Shown here piece after piece: positions 44,108 through 52,584 of a stretch of 64,000 bases of DNA (the stretch's first letter is position 1; every line of letters begins with the position of its first letter). The translations under genes and the position numbers were made by a program. Source of the DNA: Deltaproteobacteria bacterium (GTDB taxonomy: Bacteria; Desulfobacterota; Binatia; UBA9968); assembly GCA_009692615.1 (NCBI GenBank), contig SHYW01000004.1, positions 8,273 to 72,272 on the forward strand, read 5' to 3'. The notes below the pieces were generated by a model that worked only from the letters and a program-made list of their open reading frames with translations, did no database searches and was not told the DNA's origin.

Positions 44108-45577
44108 ATGAACACCGGTTCATTTGTCGACGGCAAATGGTTTCACCCGAAGTCGAATCGATTGGTGCGTAATATTAACCCGGCGGATACCGATGAAGTA
44201 ATCGCCGAGTTTCCCGCCGCAACCGCCGAGGATGTCGCGCGCGCGATCGACGCGGCGCAAGCGGCATTTCGCGGTTGGAAGAAAACTCCCGGCCCCGAGC
44301 GCGGTCGGGTGCTGTGGCGCGCCGCTGACATCGCGCGCCAACGCGCTGACGAAATCGCCCGCACGCTCACCCGCGAAGAAGGAAAAATTCTCAAAGAAGC
44401 CAAAGGCGAAGTGATGAAAGGCATCTCGCTGTTGGAATTCTACGCCGGCGAGGGTTTTCGCATGCACGGCATGACGCTGCCGTCCGAAGCGCGCGATACG
44501 TTTACTTACACGATTCGCCGTCCGCTCGGCGTCGTCGGCCTGATAGCACCGTGGAATTTTCCCTGGGCGATTCCGGTGTGGAAATCCGCTCCTGCGCTGG
44601 CCGCGGGCAACTGTGTGATTTTCAAACCCGCTGAACTGACGCCCGCCACCGCCGCTCTGCTTACCGAGATTTACACAGAAGCCGGATTGCCTCCCGGAGT
44701 ATTCAACATGCTGGTCGGCGCCGGCTCGGTGGTTGGCGAAGCGATGGTTCACTCGCCGGTGCTGCGCGCGATCTCATTCACCGGATCGAACGAAGTCGGT
44801 GGCGCGCTCTACGCCAAGGCGGCCCAGCGCGGCGCTAAAGTAACCTGTGAAATGGGCGGCAAGAACGCGGTCATCGTCATGGCCGACGCCGATCTCGACA
44901 AGGCGGCCATCGCCATCCACGGCGGCGCCTTCGGCTCCACCGGCCAACGCTGCACGGCGACTTCGCGCGTGATCGCGGCGCCCGCCGTCAAAGACGCGCT
45001 GGTCGAACGACTGGTGGCGGCGGCGAAAAACATCACAGTGGGTCCCGGTCTCGACGAGTCGGTCGATATGGGTCCGGCGGTCGACAACAAACAATGGAAA
45101 ACCGATCTCGATTACATCGCCATCGGCCAGCAAGAAGGCGCGCGTCTGCTGCTCGGCGGCAAAGCGCCGCAAGAGCTTGGCAAAGGTTATTTCGTCGAGC
45201 CGACGATATTCGACAACGTCACGCCGGCCATGCGCATCTTCAAAGAAGAAATCTTCGGCCCGGTGCTCGCAGTCACCACGGCGAACAATCTCGACGAAGC
45301 GCTCAGCTACGCCAACGGCGTCGAGTATGGCCTGACGACGTCGATCTTCACGGAAAATATCGACACGATCATGAACTTCGTCGAGGAAGTGGAAACCGGC
45401 ATGGTGCACGTCAACGAACCGACGATTGGCGGCGAAGCTCAACTACCCTTCGGCGGCACTAAGGCCACCGGCGTCGGCGAGCGCGAGATGGCGGTCGAGG
45501 GACTGAACTTTTTCACTGAGTTGAAAACCGTGTTTATCAACTACTCCGGCAAGGCGGAGAGGTTGATGATTCGGTGA
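44108..45577 (+). CDS. NAD(P)-dependent aldehyde dehydrogenase
   Basis: 489 aa. It has [20 protein letters not shown] and GQRCTA (catalytic Cys). Confidence 0.9.
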   Translation: MNTGSFVDGKWFHPKSNRLVRNINPADTDEVIAEFPAATAEDVARAIDAAQAAFRGWKKTPGPERGRVLWRAADIARQRADEIARTLTREEGKILKEAKGEVMKGISLLEFYAGEGFRMHGMTLPSEARDTFTYTIRRPLGVVGLIAPWNFPWAIPVWKSAPALAAGNCVIFKPAELTPATAALLTEIYTEAGLPPGVFNMLVGAGSVVGEAMVHSPVLRAISFTGSNEVGGALYAKAAQRGAKVTCEMGGKNAVIVMADADLDKAAIAIHGGAFGSTGQRCTATSRVIAAPAVKDALVERLVAAAKNITVGPGLDESVDMGPAVDNKQWKTDLDYIAIGQQEGARLLLGGKAPQELGKGYFVEPTIFDNVTPAMRIFKEEIFGPVLAVTTANNLDEALSYANGVEYGLTTSIFTENIDTIMNFVEEVETGMVHVNEPTIGGEAQLPFGGTKATGVGEREMAVEGLNFFTELKTVFINYSGKAERLMIR

Positions 45578-45676
45578 AGTAAACAAGCAGAGATATCACC
45601 GCCGAGACGCGGAGCATCCAGAGATAAGAGATTTGTATTAACTCTCTGCGAACTCAGCGCCTCTGCGATGAAAGTC

Positions 45677-45713
45677 CCGTAGGTCGGGTACGCTGCGCTA
45701 ACCCGACCTACGG
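45677..45713. repeat. REP-like palindrome ccgtaggtcgggtacgctgcgctaacccgacctacgg
   Basis: Family members are at 46511-46545, 46866-46896 and 47414-47452 (taggtcgggtta..taacccgac). All four copies cluster within 1.8 kb. Confidence 0.8.
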
Positions 45714-45902
45714 GCTTCTGCTGGTAGAAATTGTCAGTAGCGCTGCCGAAGTGGCTTTGATACAATACAACCACGATGAGCAAGGCTACAGAGACATCTT
45801 CGAAAATCATCGAATCGCTTCCGCAAGCCACACAAAACGAGTTGTCGAAGAACTACGGGCTTTAACTCTATCGAGTCTTTAGGACACCTACCCAAACTAA
45901 CG

Positions 45903-46094
45903 ATGGAAAAAATCGTCCGCAAGTTCCGATCTTTTGACGCGCAAGAAGAGGCCGAATACGAAGAATACCGGCATCTTTCGGGCGATGAAAAACTTCAACG
46001 CCTCCTCGACTTGATTATGCCGGAGAATCCCGATGCAGCAACTATCGACCGATCTGCGCGAGTTCATCCGCTTGCTGACCACGAAGAATGTTAG
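45903..46094 (+). CDS. Small conserved protein, putative partner of the downstream nucleotidyltransferase-fold gene
   Basis: 63 aa. KFRSFDAQEEAEYEEYRHLSGDEKLQRLLDLI. It overlaps the next gene by 62 nt. Confidence 0.45.
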   Translation: MEKIVRKFRSFDAQEEAEYEEYRHLSGDEKLQRLLDLIMPENPDAATIDRSARVHPLADHEEC

Positions 46095-46497
46095 GTACGT
46101 TATCGTCGGCGCCTGGGCCCTCGCCTTTCACGGTCGGCCGCGCTACACGGGCGATCTTGATGTCTTTGTCGCGCGGGATGAGCAAAATGCTGACAATTTA
46201 ATCCAGGTTATCGATGCATTTGGATTTGCCCAACTCGGCATCAAACGTGAAGATTTTTTACAAGTGGATTACGTCATTCAACTCGGGCGAGAACCTAACC
46301 GTATAGATATTTTAACTGGAATCAGTGGTGTGACCTTCGAAGAAGCGTGGGCGAACCGAAATCAAGGCAACCTATCCGGGCTCCCAGCATTTTTCCTGAG
46401 TCGAGATCTCTTAATCAAGAATAAACGCGCAGCCAACCGGGACAAAGACCTCGGTGATATTAAACTCCTAGAAAAAACCCGACCCACCCGATCCTAA
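46033..46497 (+). CDS. Nucleotidyltransferase-fold protein (MNT/AbiEii-like superfamily; TA-type accessory gene)
   Basis: 154 aa. LREFIRLLTTKNVRYVIVGAWALAFHGRPRYTGDLDVFV..QLGREPNRIDILT..NKRAANRDKDLGDIKLL. Confidence 0.6.
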   Translation: MQQLSTDLREFIRLLTTKNVRYVIVGAWALAFHGRPRYTGDLDVFVARDEQNADNLIQVIDAFGFAQLGIKREDFLQVDYVIQLGREPNRIDILTGISGVTFEEAWANRNQGNLSGLPAFFLSRDLLIKNKRAANRDKDLGDIKLLEKTRPTRS

Positions 46498-46780
46498 GCA
46501 TTCAAAACATTAGGTCGGGTTAGCAAGCGTAACCCGACATCCGCTCTACTCACTGACCAACCGAGCCAGGTCACATCCTCAGTGGCGATGTCGAGCAAGA
46601 CGTTCGTATCGAAAAGGATTCCGCTCATTCCTCACCACGAGTGAGGGCCATCACGTCCGGCAGAGCGTCGCCCCGCGCCCGCTTGAGTCAGGCTTCGGCA
46701 GCCAGCGACGCGGCGAGTTCGTCCACTTGCGGTGTCGGTAAATGCTCAATAGCGGTTTCAATTTCAGCGATAGTGCTCAT
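46494..46780 (-). pseudogene. Decayed VapBC-like pair: antitoxin with an in-frame TGA (46625-46780) and a PIN toxin truncated after ~26 codons (46494-46628)
   Basis: My translation is MSTIAEIETAIEHLPTPQVDELAASLAAEA*LKRARGDALPDVMALTRGEE*. After an ATGA overlap comes MSGILFDTNVLLDIATEDVTWLGWSV, and the frame then runs into a REP copy. Confidence 0.65.
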
Positions 46781-46899
46781 AGGCAAAAGTCTAGCATCGC
46801 ATCGGAGAAACCGTCAACAAGCCCGGCCTCTGCGCCGCGATGTTGCATCGCGGTTAGCGCAGGCGTCGGCTTACGCTGCGCTAACCCGACCTACCGGCT

Positions 46900-47330
46900 T
46901 TACTCTTCTACCAGCGTGATATTTACCAACCACTGATGCGCATCGCTGGCTTCTCCACGAGAGGTGGTGACAGCTAAACCGACAGCGGTGGCCGGCCCTT
47001 GCTCAAATGTCTCGTTGCCGTGGTTCGATGCATGGACTTTCCATTGTTGGGTGTGTATGCCCGTGCAGTTGAACAGCGTGCGGCCCTCTGCCACGGCCCC
47101 AGTTGAACGCTGAGTTACCGCCACTCGTAGAGACGCCCTCTCCCCCTTAGTGCACTCAATTGGCCCGGTCACAATGATATGGCGACCGTTGTCAGTCATA
47201 ATGGCGACCGGGTCGATGGTGTTATATGTAACCCTTGCGAAGACTAGAGATGCGCCCCCCCCGCAAAGGTCAGGACGATGGCAGCCGACATGAGACGGTT
47301 CATGCGCTTTTGGGTTGGTTGAGCAAACAT
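46900..47330 (-). pseudogene. Secreted small protein split by a C8/G8 homopolymer (47255-47262): the signal peptide and mature domain are in different frames
   Basis: The upstream frame reads MFAQPTQKRMNRLMSAAIVLTFAGGAHL*. The track ORF 46900-47199 encodes the rest. Adding one G to the run gives a continuous frame ..LTFAGGGASLVFARVTYNTIDPVAIMTDNGRHIIVTGP.. Confidence 0.6.
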
Positions 47331-47589
47331 GGTTAGTGTTCCATTCTGTCGATGTTGAAGTCGAACGTGTAGCGCCTTTATCGCCAACGGCTAGCGGTAG
47401 TCAAGAGCCGTACCGTAGGTCGGTTATGCTGAACGCTAACCCGACCCACGACGGTGGGAGAGCAAGGCTGGTGTGCTCATCGACGAAAAAAAAGGGCGCA
47501 GCATGCTGCGCCCTTACAACCCTGATATTTGTTCCGACCCTTTGCGTACTTTGCGCCCCGATCGCCCTGAGCATCGTCGAAGGATGCGG

Positions 47590-47967
47590 CTAATTTTTCT
47601 TCTCTTCCACCGGCGCCGCGCCCTGCCAGTGGCCGACATCGACGATAATGCCCTCCGGCCCTTTATATTTATCTTCGTAGTAGGCTGTGCCGAGATTCAC
47701 CGCGCCAGCTTTTTCCGCGCCCGCCGCTTCTAACGCCTTAAACTACTCCTGATCGTTGTCCGTGGAGAAGCCGATGTGGTCGATGCCGGCTTGGCCGCCC
47801 GTACCGGCGGCGAGCGGAAGAACCGTGATGTTGACCGAACCGTCGCTCAGATCGATGGCGTTGTTCTTGCGCTTCTGGATCAACTTCATGCCCATGGCGT
47901 CGACAAAAAAATTAGCCATCGCGTCCACGTCCACCGCACGGTAAGCAATGTGTCTGATTTTAGCCAT
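47590..47967 (-). pseudogene. VOC/glyoxalase-family gene interrupted by an in-frame TAG at 47743-47745
   Basis: ATG at 47967 with RBS ggagg. MAKIRHIAYRAVDVDAMANFF..IDHIGFSTDNDQE * FKALEAAGAEKAGAVNLGTAYYEDKYKGPEGIIVDVGHW. Both halves are in the same frame and together make one ~125 aa VOC domain. Confidence 0.7.
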
Positions 47968-48032
47968 GATCGGCCTCCAAAAAAATATTTGGCGTCTAAG
48001 GTTCAACTCTCGACGCTAGACTCGGAATAATT

Positions 48033-48536
48033 CTATCCGCCGTAGAAGACTTTGTCGCCCAAATCGCGCATCGCCAAGATCGCATCGTCAGGCCGCCCGG
48101 CTGGCGCCACAGCAACGCCGGCATCTTTCACTTCGCCGACAAAGATCGAGTGATCGCCCATCTCGACGGTGTTGACCAGCGTGCACTCAACGAACGCCGG
48201 CGCCTTCTCCAAGATCGGCGCGCCCAACGAACCTTTGCGGAACGCTTCGCCGCCAATCGTGTTGCCGTCCCGCTCAAGCGGTTTGAAAAAAGTAAAAGCC
48301 TGACCCTTCTGATCTTTGCCCAACATGTTGAGGGCAAAGACCTTCGACTCTTTGATCAGCGCGTGCGCACCCGAGTCGGTCTTCACAGCGACCACCACCA
48401 GCGGCGGCGCAAACGCCGTCTGGGTCACCCAGTTGACCGTCGAAGCGGCCACCTTGCCGTCTTTTCCTTCAGCGGTAAGAACGTAAATCCCGTAGGGGAT
48501 CATCCGCAACGCGGTTTTCTTCGCATCAGCATCCAT
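48033..48536 (-). CDS. Flavin reductase-like FMN-binding (split-barrel) protein
   Basis: 167 aa. YGIYVLTAEGKDGKVAASTVNWVTQTAFAPPLVVVAV..HSIFVGEV. Confidence 0.8.
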   Translation of the reverse strand: MDADAKKTALRMIPYGIYVLTAEGKDGKVAASTVNWVTQTAFAPPLVVVAVKTDSGAHALIKESKVFALNMLGKDQKGQAFTFFKPLERDGNTIGGEAFRKGSLGAPILEKAPAFVECTLVNTVEMGDHSIFVGEVKDAGVAVAPAGRPDDAILAMRDLGDKVFYGG

Positions 48537-48642
48537 AATTTTATCCTTTCAATTTCGATCTGCCGAATCGGCGAAGCGATTCTATGGGAGAGTAACCGAT
48601 TGCGCAAGCGCAAGCCGCGTCATGTCGCATTTTGAACCTTCG

Positions 48643-48740
48643 AATTCCCTCGCCCTCTGGGAGAGGGCTAGGGTGAGGGCGTACGAAAAATTCAAACCCT
48701 CACCCCCCGCCCTCTCCCATCGGAATGGGCGAGGGAGCCG
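48643..48740. repeat. Paired REP hairpins (ccctcgccctctgggagagggctagggtgaggg ... ccctcaccccccgccctctcccatcggaatgggcgagggag)
   Basis: The motif ccctctcccatcggaatgggcgaggg is shared with 15571-15598 and 60951-60978. Confidence 0.8.
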
Positions 48741-48770
48741 GGAAAAGCATCGCTGGCTGGTTCTATTGGC

Positions 48771-49328
48771 CTACAAACGAAACGCCACGGTGGCGAAAAC
48801 ATTACCGTTGACCTCGAAGCTCCCGACATCGGTCATCCCCAAACCCGCGACGTGGGCATCCATCGAGTGTTGGTTGGCGCGTGCGATCAGCGCGACGCCG
48901 ACTTCGAACCGCCCTGCCAGGTCTCGTTTCTGCGCTTCGAACAAGCCGCGCAAAAGTCCTTGGCGCCGATGAACGCGGTCGATGCACACCGGACCGTAGG
49001 CATAGGATTTGTAAGTATTGAGCAGCTGGCCGTCAAAGCGCAGGCGATCGTAGGATTCGATCATCTTGGCGACCACGGGCGAACCATGGTTGAATTCGTT
49101 GCGAAAGGCGCAGAGAAATCCGGCGAGCTGGCCATCGACAATCGCCACCGTCGTGCCCAAATCTTCCGCCATGGCGGCGGTCTGATCCAACGTAAATACC
49201 GCCGAGAGAAATCCATCCGCGCGCTCATCGGCGGCAAGATTGGTGATGAAGTTGGCGGCGTTGAGCTGCACGATGGCCGGATAATCCGCCGGCAACGCGC
49301 GGCGATAATCAGTAGCACCCATAATCAT
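48771..49328 (-). CDS. GNAT-family N-acetyltransferase
   Basis: ATG at 49328 overlaps the upstream stop (ATGA). VCIDRVHRRQGLLRGLFEA is an acetyl-CoA binding motif A-like segment (R/Q-x-x-G-x-G/A). Confidence 0.7.
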   Translation of the reverse strand: MIMGATDYRRALPADYPAIVQLNAANFITNLAADERADGFLSAVFTLDQTAAMAEDLGTTVAIVDGQLAGFLCAFRNEFNHGSPVVAKMIESYDRLRFDGQLLNTYKSYAYGPVCIDRVHRRQGLLRGLFEAQKRDLAGRFEVGVALIARANQHSMDAHVAGLGMTDVGSFEVNGNVFATVAFRL

Positions 49329-49705
49329 CTCGCTCGGAACAAAGCTATCAGCCAAAACACCGCACCGTAGGCGACTCCGGTAATCAGGGGTAATGCCCAC
49401 TGCATGACTTGAAAGACAACGCGGCCATTCGCCTCGACAGTATTTCTACTATTGAACACGATGTCCCAAATTGACTGGATACAGTAAGCTACAATACCCG
49501 AAACAATACATGAGAGCAGCGTCCATCCGAAAATAGATCGGCATAACAGAAATACCGGCACAGGGATAAATAGAACCCAGTAATCAAATGACAGCGCACC
49601 TATCCCGTCAGAAAAGCTGAAGCAAACAAGGGCTAACGAACTAGAAATAATCAAAGCCAGTAGCGGTGACATTACAAACGCTAGTATGATTCGAATCCAG
49701 GTCAT
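49325..49705 (-). CDS. Small integral membrane protein, unknown function
   Basis: ATG at 49705 within track ORF 49325-49993. MTWIRIILAFVMSPLLALIISSSLALV.. with about 4 TM segments. It is AT-richer than its neighbours. Confidence 0.5.
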   Translation of the reverse strand: MTWIRIILAFVMSPLLALIISSSLALVCFSFSDGIGALSFDYWVLFIPVPVFLLCRSIFGWTLLSCIVSGIVAYCIQSIWDIVFNSRNTVEANGRVVFQVMQWALPLITGVAYGAVFWLIALFRAR

Positions 49706-49754
49706 TACCTTCTCCAGAAATACTCGCGTGAACTCAGGAGCAATCACTCCATGA

Positions 49755-50096
49755 CTACGCCGCGTCATCAGGCGGTCCCTGCCGTGAACGCCTACCGACC
49801 GCCGCGGTAAAACTTGGCCGCTTCGGTATCGGCATCGCCAACGCGCCGCCATAGGGCCCGCCGTTCCACCAGCCGCTTTCGCGCAGATACCATTCCGCCT
49901 CGGCCTGAAACTTCCTCGCTTTCCCGCCGGCACCGCGCCGCCTGTAACAATCGGCCAAGCGCCAGCAACGATCGCCGAGATAATAGCAAACATCTGCGTT
50001 GGGTTCGCCGCTCCTGCCGGCTTTAGCGATGACTAAAAGCAAGTGAGCCACCATGATATCGATCCATAACCGTAGAGCCGTCGAAAGTTCTTTCAT
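49755..50096 (-). CDS. Hypothetical helical protein
   Basis: 113 aa. YYLGDRCWRLADCYRRRGAGGKARKFQAEAEWYLRESGW..PYGGALAMPIP. No family is recognised with confidence. Confidence 0.45.
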   Translation of the reverse strand: MKELSTALRLWIDIMVAHLLLVIAKAGRSGEPNADVCYYLGDRCWRLADCYRRRGAGGKARKFQAEAEWYLRESGWWNGGPYGGALAMPIPKRPSFTAAVGRRSRQGPPDDAA

Positions 50097-50129
50097 ACGC
50101 ACTCCTACGTCCCAGCTATCCCAACTAAA

Positions 50130-50639
50130 TTATTTCGGAACGGGCCGCTCCGGCGAACCCTCGCCAGTCCCACCGCTGAACCACTTAAATAGCTCCGCGC
50201 ATAAGCCACCGAGCAGGCCGGCGGGGATCAGTGCGGCAAGTGACAAACCGATGAACCATTCGGGCATATCGCTTTCCTTGGCGATGAGCTGCATGAATAG
50301 GCCGAACAGCACCGACCCGACGGCGACCAAGCCGCCATGTTTCATCTCAAGCACTCCCGCCTTATAAGCCGCGTAAAAACCGCCGATTGCCGTACCCAAG
50401 CAACCGAGCAGCAGACTCGCCAACAAACCTTCGCTGGTGAGTAAATAGGCGGCCATCGCTTGCTCATTGGTCGCTGCCCCCTTGCCGATAGCAAAGGCAA
50501 AGTAGAGTTCGAACAAGACATAGCTTGAGATGGTGTCGAGCATCACGCCGGTGACCACTGGGCGTAGTTGAATGCCGGTGAAAAAGCCAGTGGGTTCGAT
50601 GGCGGCGGGGGCTTCGGATTGGCGCGGATCGTATTGCAT
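50130..50639 (-). CDS. Integral membrane protein, unknown function
   Basis: 169 aa with about 4-5 TM segments and Gly-rich helices (LGCLGTAIGGFYAAYKAG). Confidence 0.5.
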   Translation of the reverse strand: MQYDPRQSEAPAAIEPTGFFTGIQLRPVVTGVMLDTISSYVLFELYFAFAIGKGAATNEQAMAAYLLTSEGLLASLLLGCLGTAIGGFYAAYKAGVLEMKHGGLVAVGSVLFGLFMQLIAKESDMPEWFIGLSLAALIPAGLLGGLCAELFKWFSGGTGEGSPERPVPK

Positions 50640-50800
50640 GAGGTGCTAGTTCTTTCTGCGATCGAGGTTGCGATTAAATGATTGCGCGGTCCGACCGATA
50701 TTCTGAATTAGGAAGCAGCATGATGTCATCGGCAAAAATCCTCAAGCCCGATACGCCGCCCAAACGACGCGCGCCGCACTTCCCGGCGCTGCGTTCTCGA

Positions 50801-51214
50801 CTACGCCTTTGGCTGTTTCCAGCGCGGCACCTTCTTGCGATTTGGCATGCCGTCGCCAAGCAGCGTCCGGCCGCCGAGCGGAAACTTTTTCGGCGGCACC
50901 GCGCCTAGGATCATAAAGACCACGTCTTTTTTCGAATCGTTGCCGATGGCGCACCAGACAGTGGCCGCCACCCGCACCGCCGTTCCCTCCGGCATTTTGA
51001 TCCGTTTACCGTTGAGTATTATCGTGCCGTCGCCTTTGAGGGCGATGAAAACTTCTTCCTGAACCTTGTGGCGGTGCACGTAGGTCGCGCCCTGGCCGGG
51101 CTTGATGCGCACGTAACTAAAGCCCACGCCTTTGCAGCCCATGGGTCTGGAAAGAAATTCCTTCTCGACCACTTTGCCGATGGGCATGAAGATCTTGCTG
51201 TAACCGGTTGCCAT
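50801..51214 (-). CDS. Cupin-domain protein
   Basis: 137 aa. GQGATYVHRHKVQEEVFIALKGDGTIILNG..GTAVRV is a cupin motif 1/2 arrangement. Confidence 0.7.
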   Translation of the reverse strand: MATGYSKIFMPIGKVVEKEFLSRPMGCKGVGFSYVRIKPGQGATYVHRHKVQEEVFIALKGDGTIILNGKRIKMPEGTAVRVAATVWCAIGNDSKKDVVFMILGAVPPKKFPLGGRTLLGDGMPNRKKVPRWKQPKA

Positions 51215-51313
51215 ACTTCCTCCTCGCCCGCGATATTGTCGGCGCGGTTGACTTGCACCCGACTATCAGGAAAATAACTTTTCACAGGGGCGAAAGGCAA
51301 CCGATCCCGCGAA

Positions 51314-51751
51314 ATGTTTCATCGCTACGACTACGAAGCGGAGTTTTACCCGGACTTGAGCCGCTTGCCGCTCGATTTGCGCCGCAAGCTCGATGTCACC
51401 GGCGTCAAGCTTGGGCTCAAAGATTGGCTGGCGCTGAGCTTCGAAGAGCGCAGCGTGCTTTGCCATCTGCCCTGCGACAACGCGGAAGAATGTCAAGTCT
51501 TCGCCAACTATCTCGACTTTCTGTCGCACAAATATCGCAATGAACCAATCAGCCGCATCGCGCCCAGCGATCCTGCGCTGTGGAGTGAATTATCGGTGCC
51601 GCATGCGGTACGCGAACGGAGCGACGCCGTCACCGTCGATCGCTGGCGCGGCTGGCCGTCTCATGATCGCTATGCGCTCTACAAAACCGCAACATCCAAA
51701 AGCCAACCCGATGCCTTCGAGCTGGTCTTGAAGCAACTCTCTGGCAACTAA
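51314..51751 (+). CDS. Nitrate reductase-associated protein family (TIGR02664-like)
   Basis: 145 aa. YEAEFYPDLSRLPLDLRRKLDVTGVKLGLKDWLALSFEERSVLCHLPCDNAEE matches my memory of this family (FEADF..IP..VR.KLD..G.KL.L..W..L...ER..L...PC). Confidence 0.6.
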   Translation: MFHRYDYEAEFYPDLSRLPLDLRRKLDVTGVKLGLKDWLALSFEERSVLCHLPCDNAEECQVFANYLDFLSHKYRNEPISRIAPSDPALWSELSVPHAVRERSDAVTVDRWRGWPSHDRYALYKTATSKSQPDAFELVLKQLSGN

Positions 51752-51949
51752 CGCCTACCAACTAAAAACTGCCGTGAAATCCAACGACACGCTGCTCTGG
51801 CGCATCGTTCCCTGCGATCTCAAACGTGTTAATTTAGCGCCGCGACAATCCGGTCTTCAGCGAACCGGACTACAATGCCGAAGTGTGACTAAAAAGGCGT
51901 GAGAAAATTTCGAGAATTGTCGCTGGGGAATTGCTATAGTAAGCTCACT

Positions 51950-52093
51950 TGGTCGCAGCGAGTCGATTCAAAATTTGCCGATCAACCAGTCTGCGTGCTG
52001 TCTAGAGAACTCTTGATCAAAAACAAGCTGACAGCGGCAAGACCGCAGGACCTAGCCGATGTCGAAAGATTAAAAAGAAAAATCACCTCATAA
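51950..52093 (+). pseudogene. C-terminal remnant of a paralog of the nucleotidyltransferase-fold gene at 46033-46497
   Basis: VCVLSRELLIKNKLTAARPQDLADVERLKRK compares with AFFLSRDLLIKNKRAANRDKDLGDIKLLEK. The N-terminal NTase core is absent. Confidence 0.6.
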
Positions 52094-52107
52094 CGAAAGA
52101 CTGACCT

Positions 52108-52551
52108 TTGTCGCTAACGATTTTTTTCATAATGGTCGCCGCGGCCGCACTGAGCGGCGCACAATTTGGTCCAGGCCCATGGTACATGGCGTTGCACAAA
52201 CCCGCTTGGACTCCACCGAACTGGCTCTTCGCACCGGTTTGGACGGCGCTGTATATCGCCATTGCCGTTGCCGGTTGGTCTCTGTGGCGTTCCAAAGCTA
52301 TTAGCATCACCAAACCCATCCTGATTTGGTTACTGCAGTTGATTCTAAACGCTCTCTGGTCATGGCTCTTCTTTGGACTGCACCGCCCAGATCTCGCATT
52401 GATCGATATCATCGCGTTGCTGGCGGCGATCTGCTGCTTTATCGCGACGGCCCACAAAGCTAGCCAAACCGCCGCGTGGCTATTTCTTCCCTATGCCCTT
52501 TGGGTGGCAATTGCCGCGGCGCTAAATTTGGCGATCTGGCGGCTGAACTAA
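52108..52551 (+). CDS. tspO: TspO/MBR family tryptophan-rich sensory protein
   Basis: 147 aa, with a TTG start at 52108 or an ATG at 52132. WYMALHKPAWTPPNWLFAPVWTALYIAIAVAGW..LILNALWSWLFF. Confidence 0.85.
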   Translation: MSLTIFFIMVAAAALSGAQFGPGPWYMALHKPAWTPPNWLFAPVWTALYIAIAVAGWSLWRSKAISITKPILIWLLQLILNALWSWLFFGLHRPDLALIDIIALLAAICCFIATAHKASQTAAWLFLPYALWVAIAAALNLAIWRLN

Positions 52552-52584
52552 CAAACATTCAGTGACACATGGCAGAGGTTTCAA

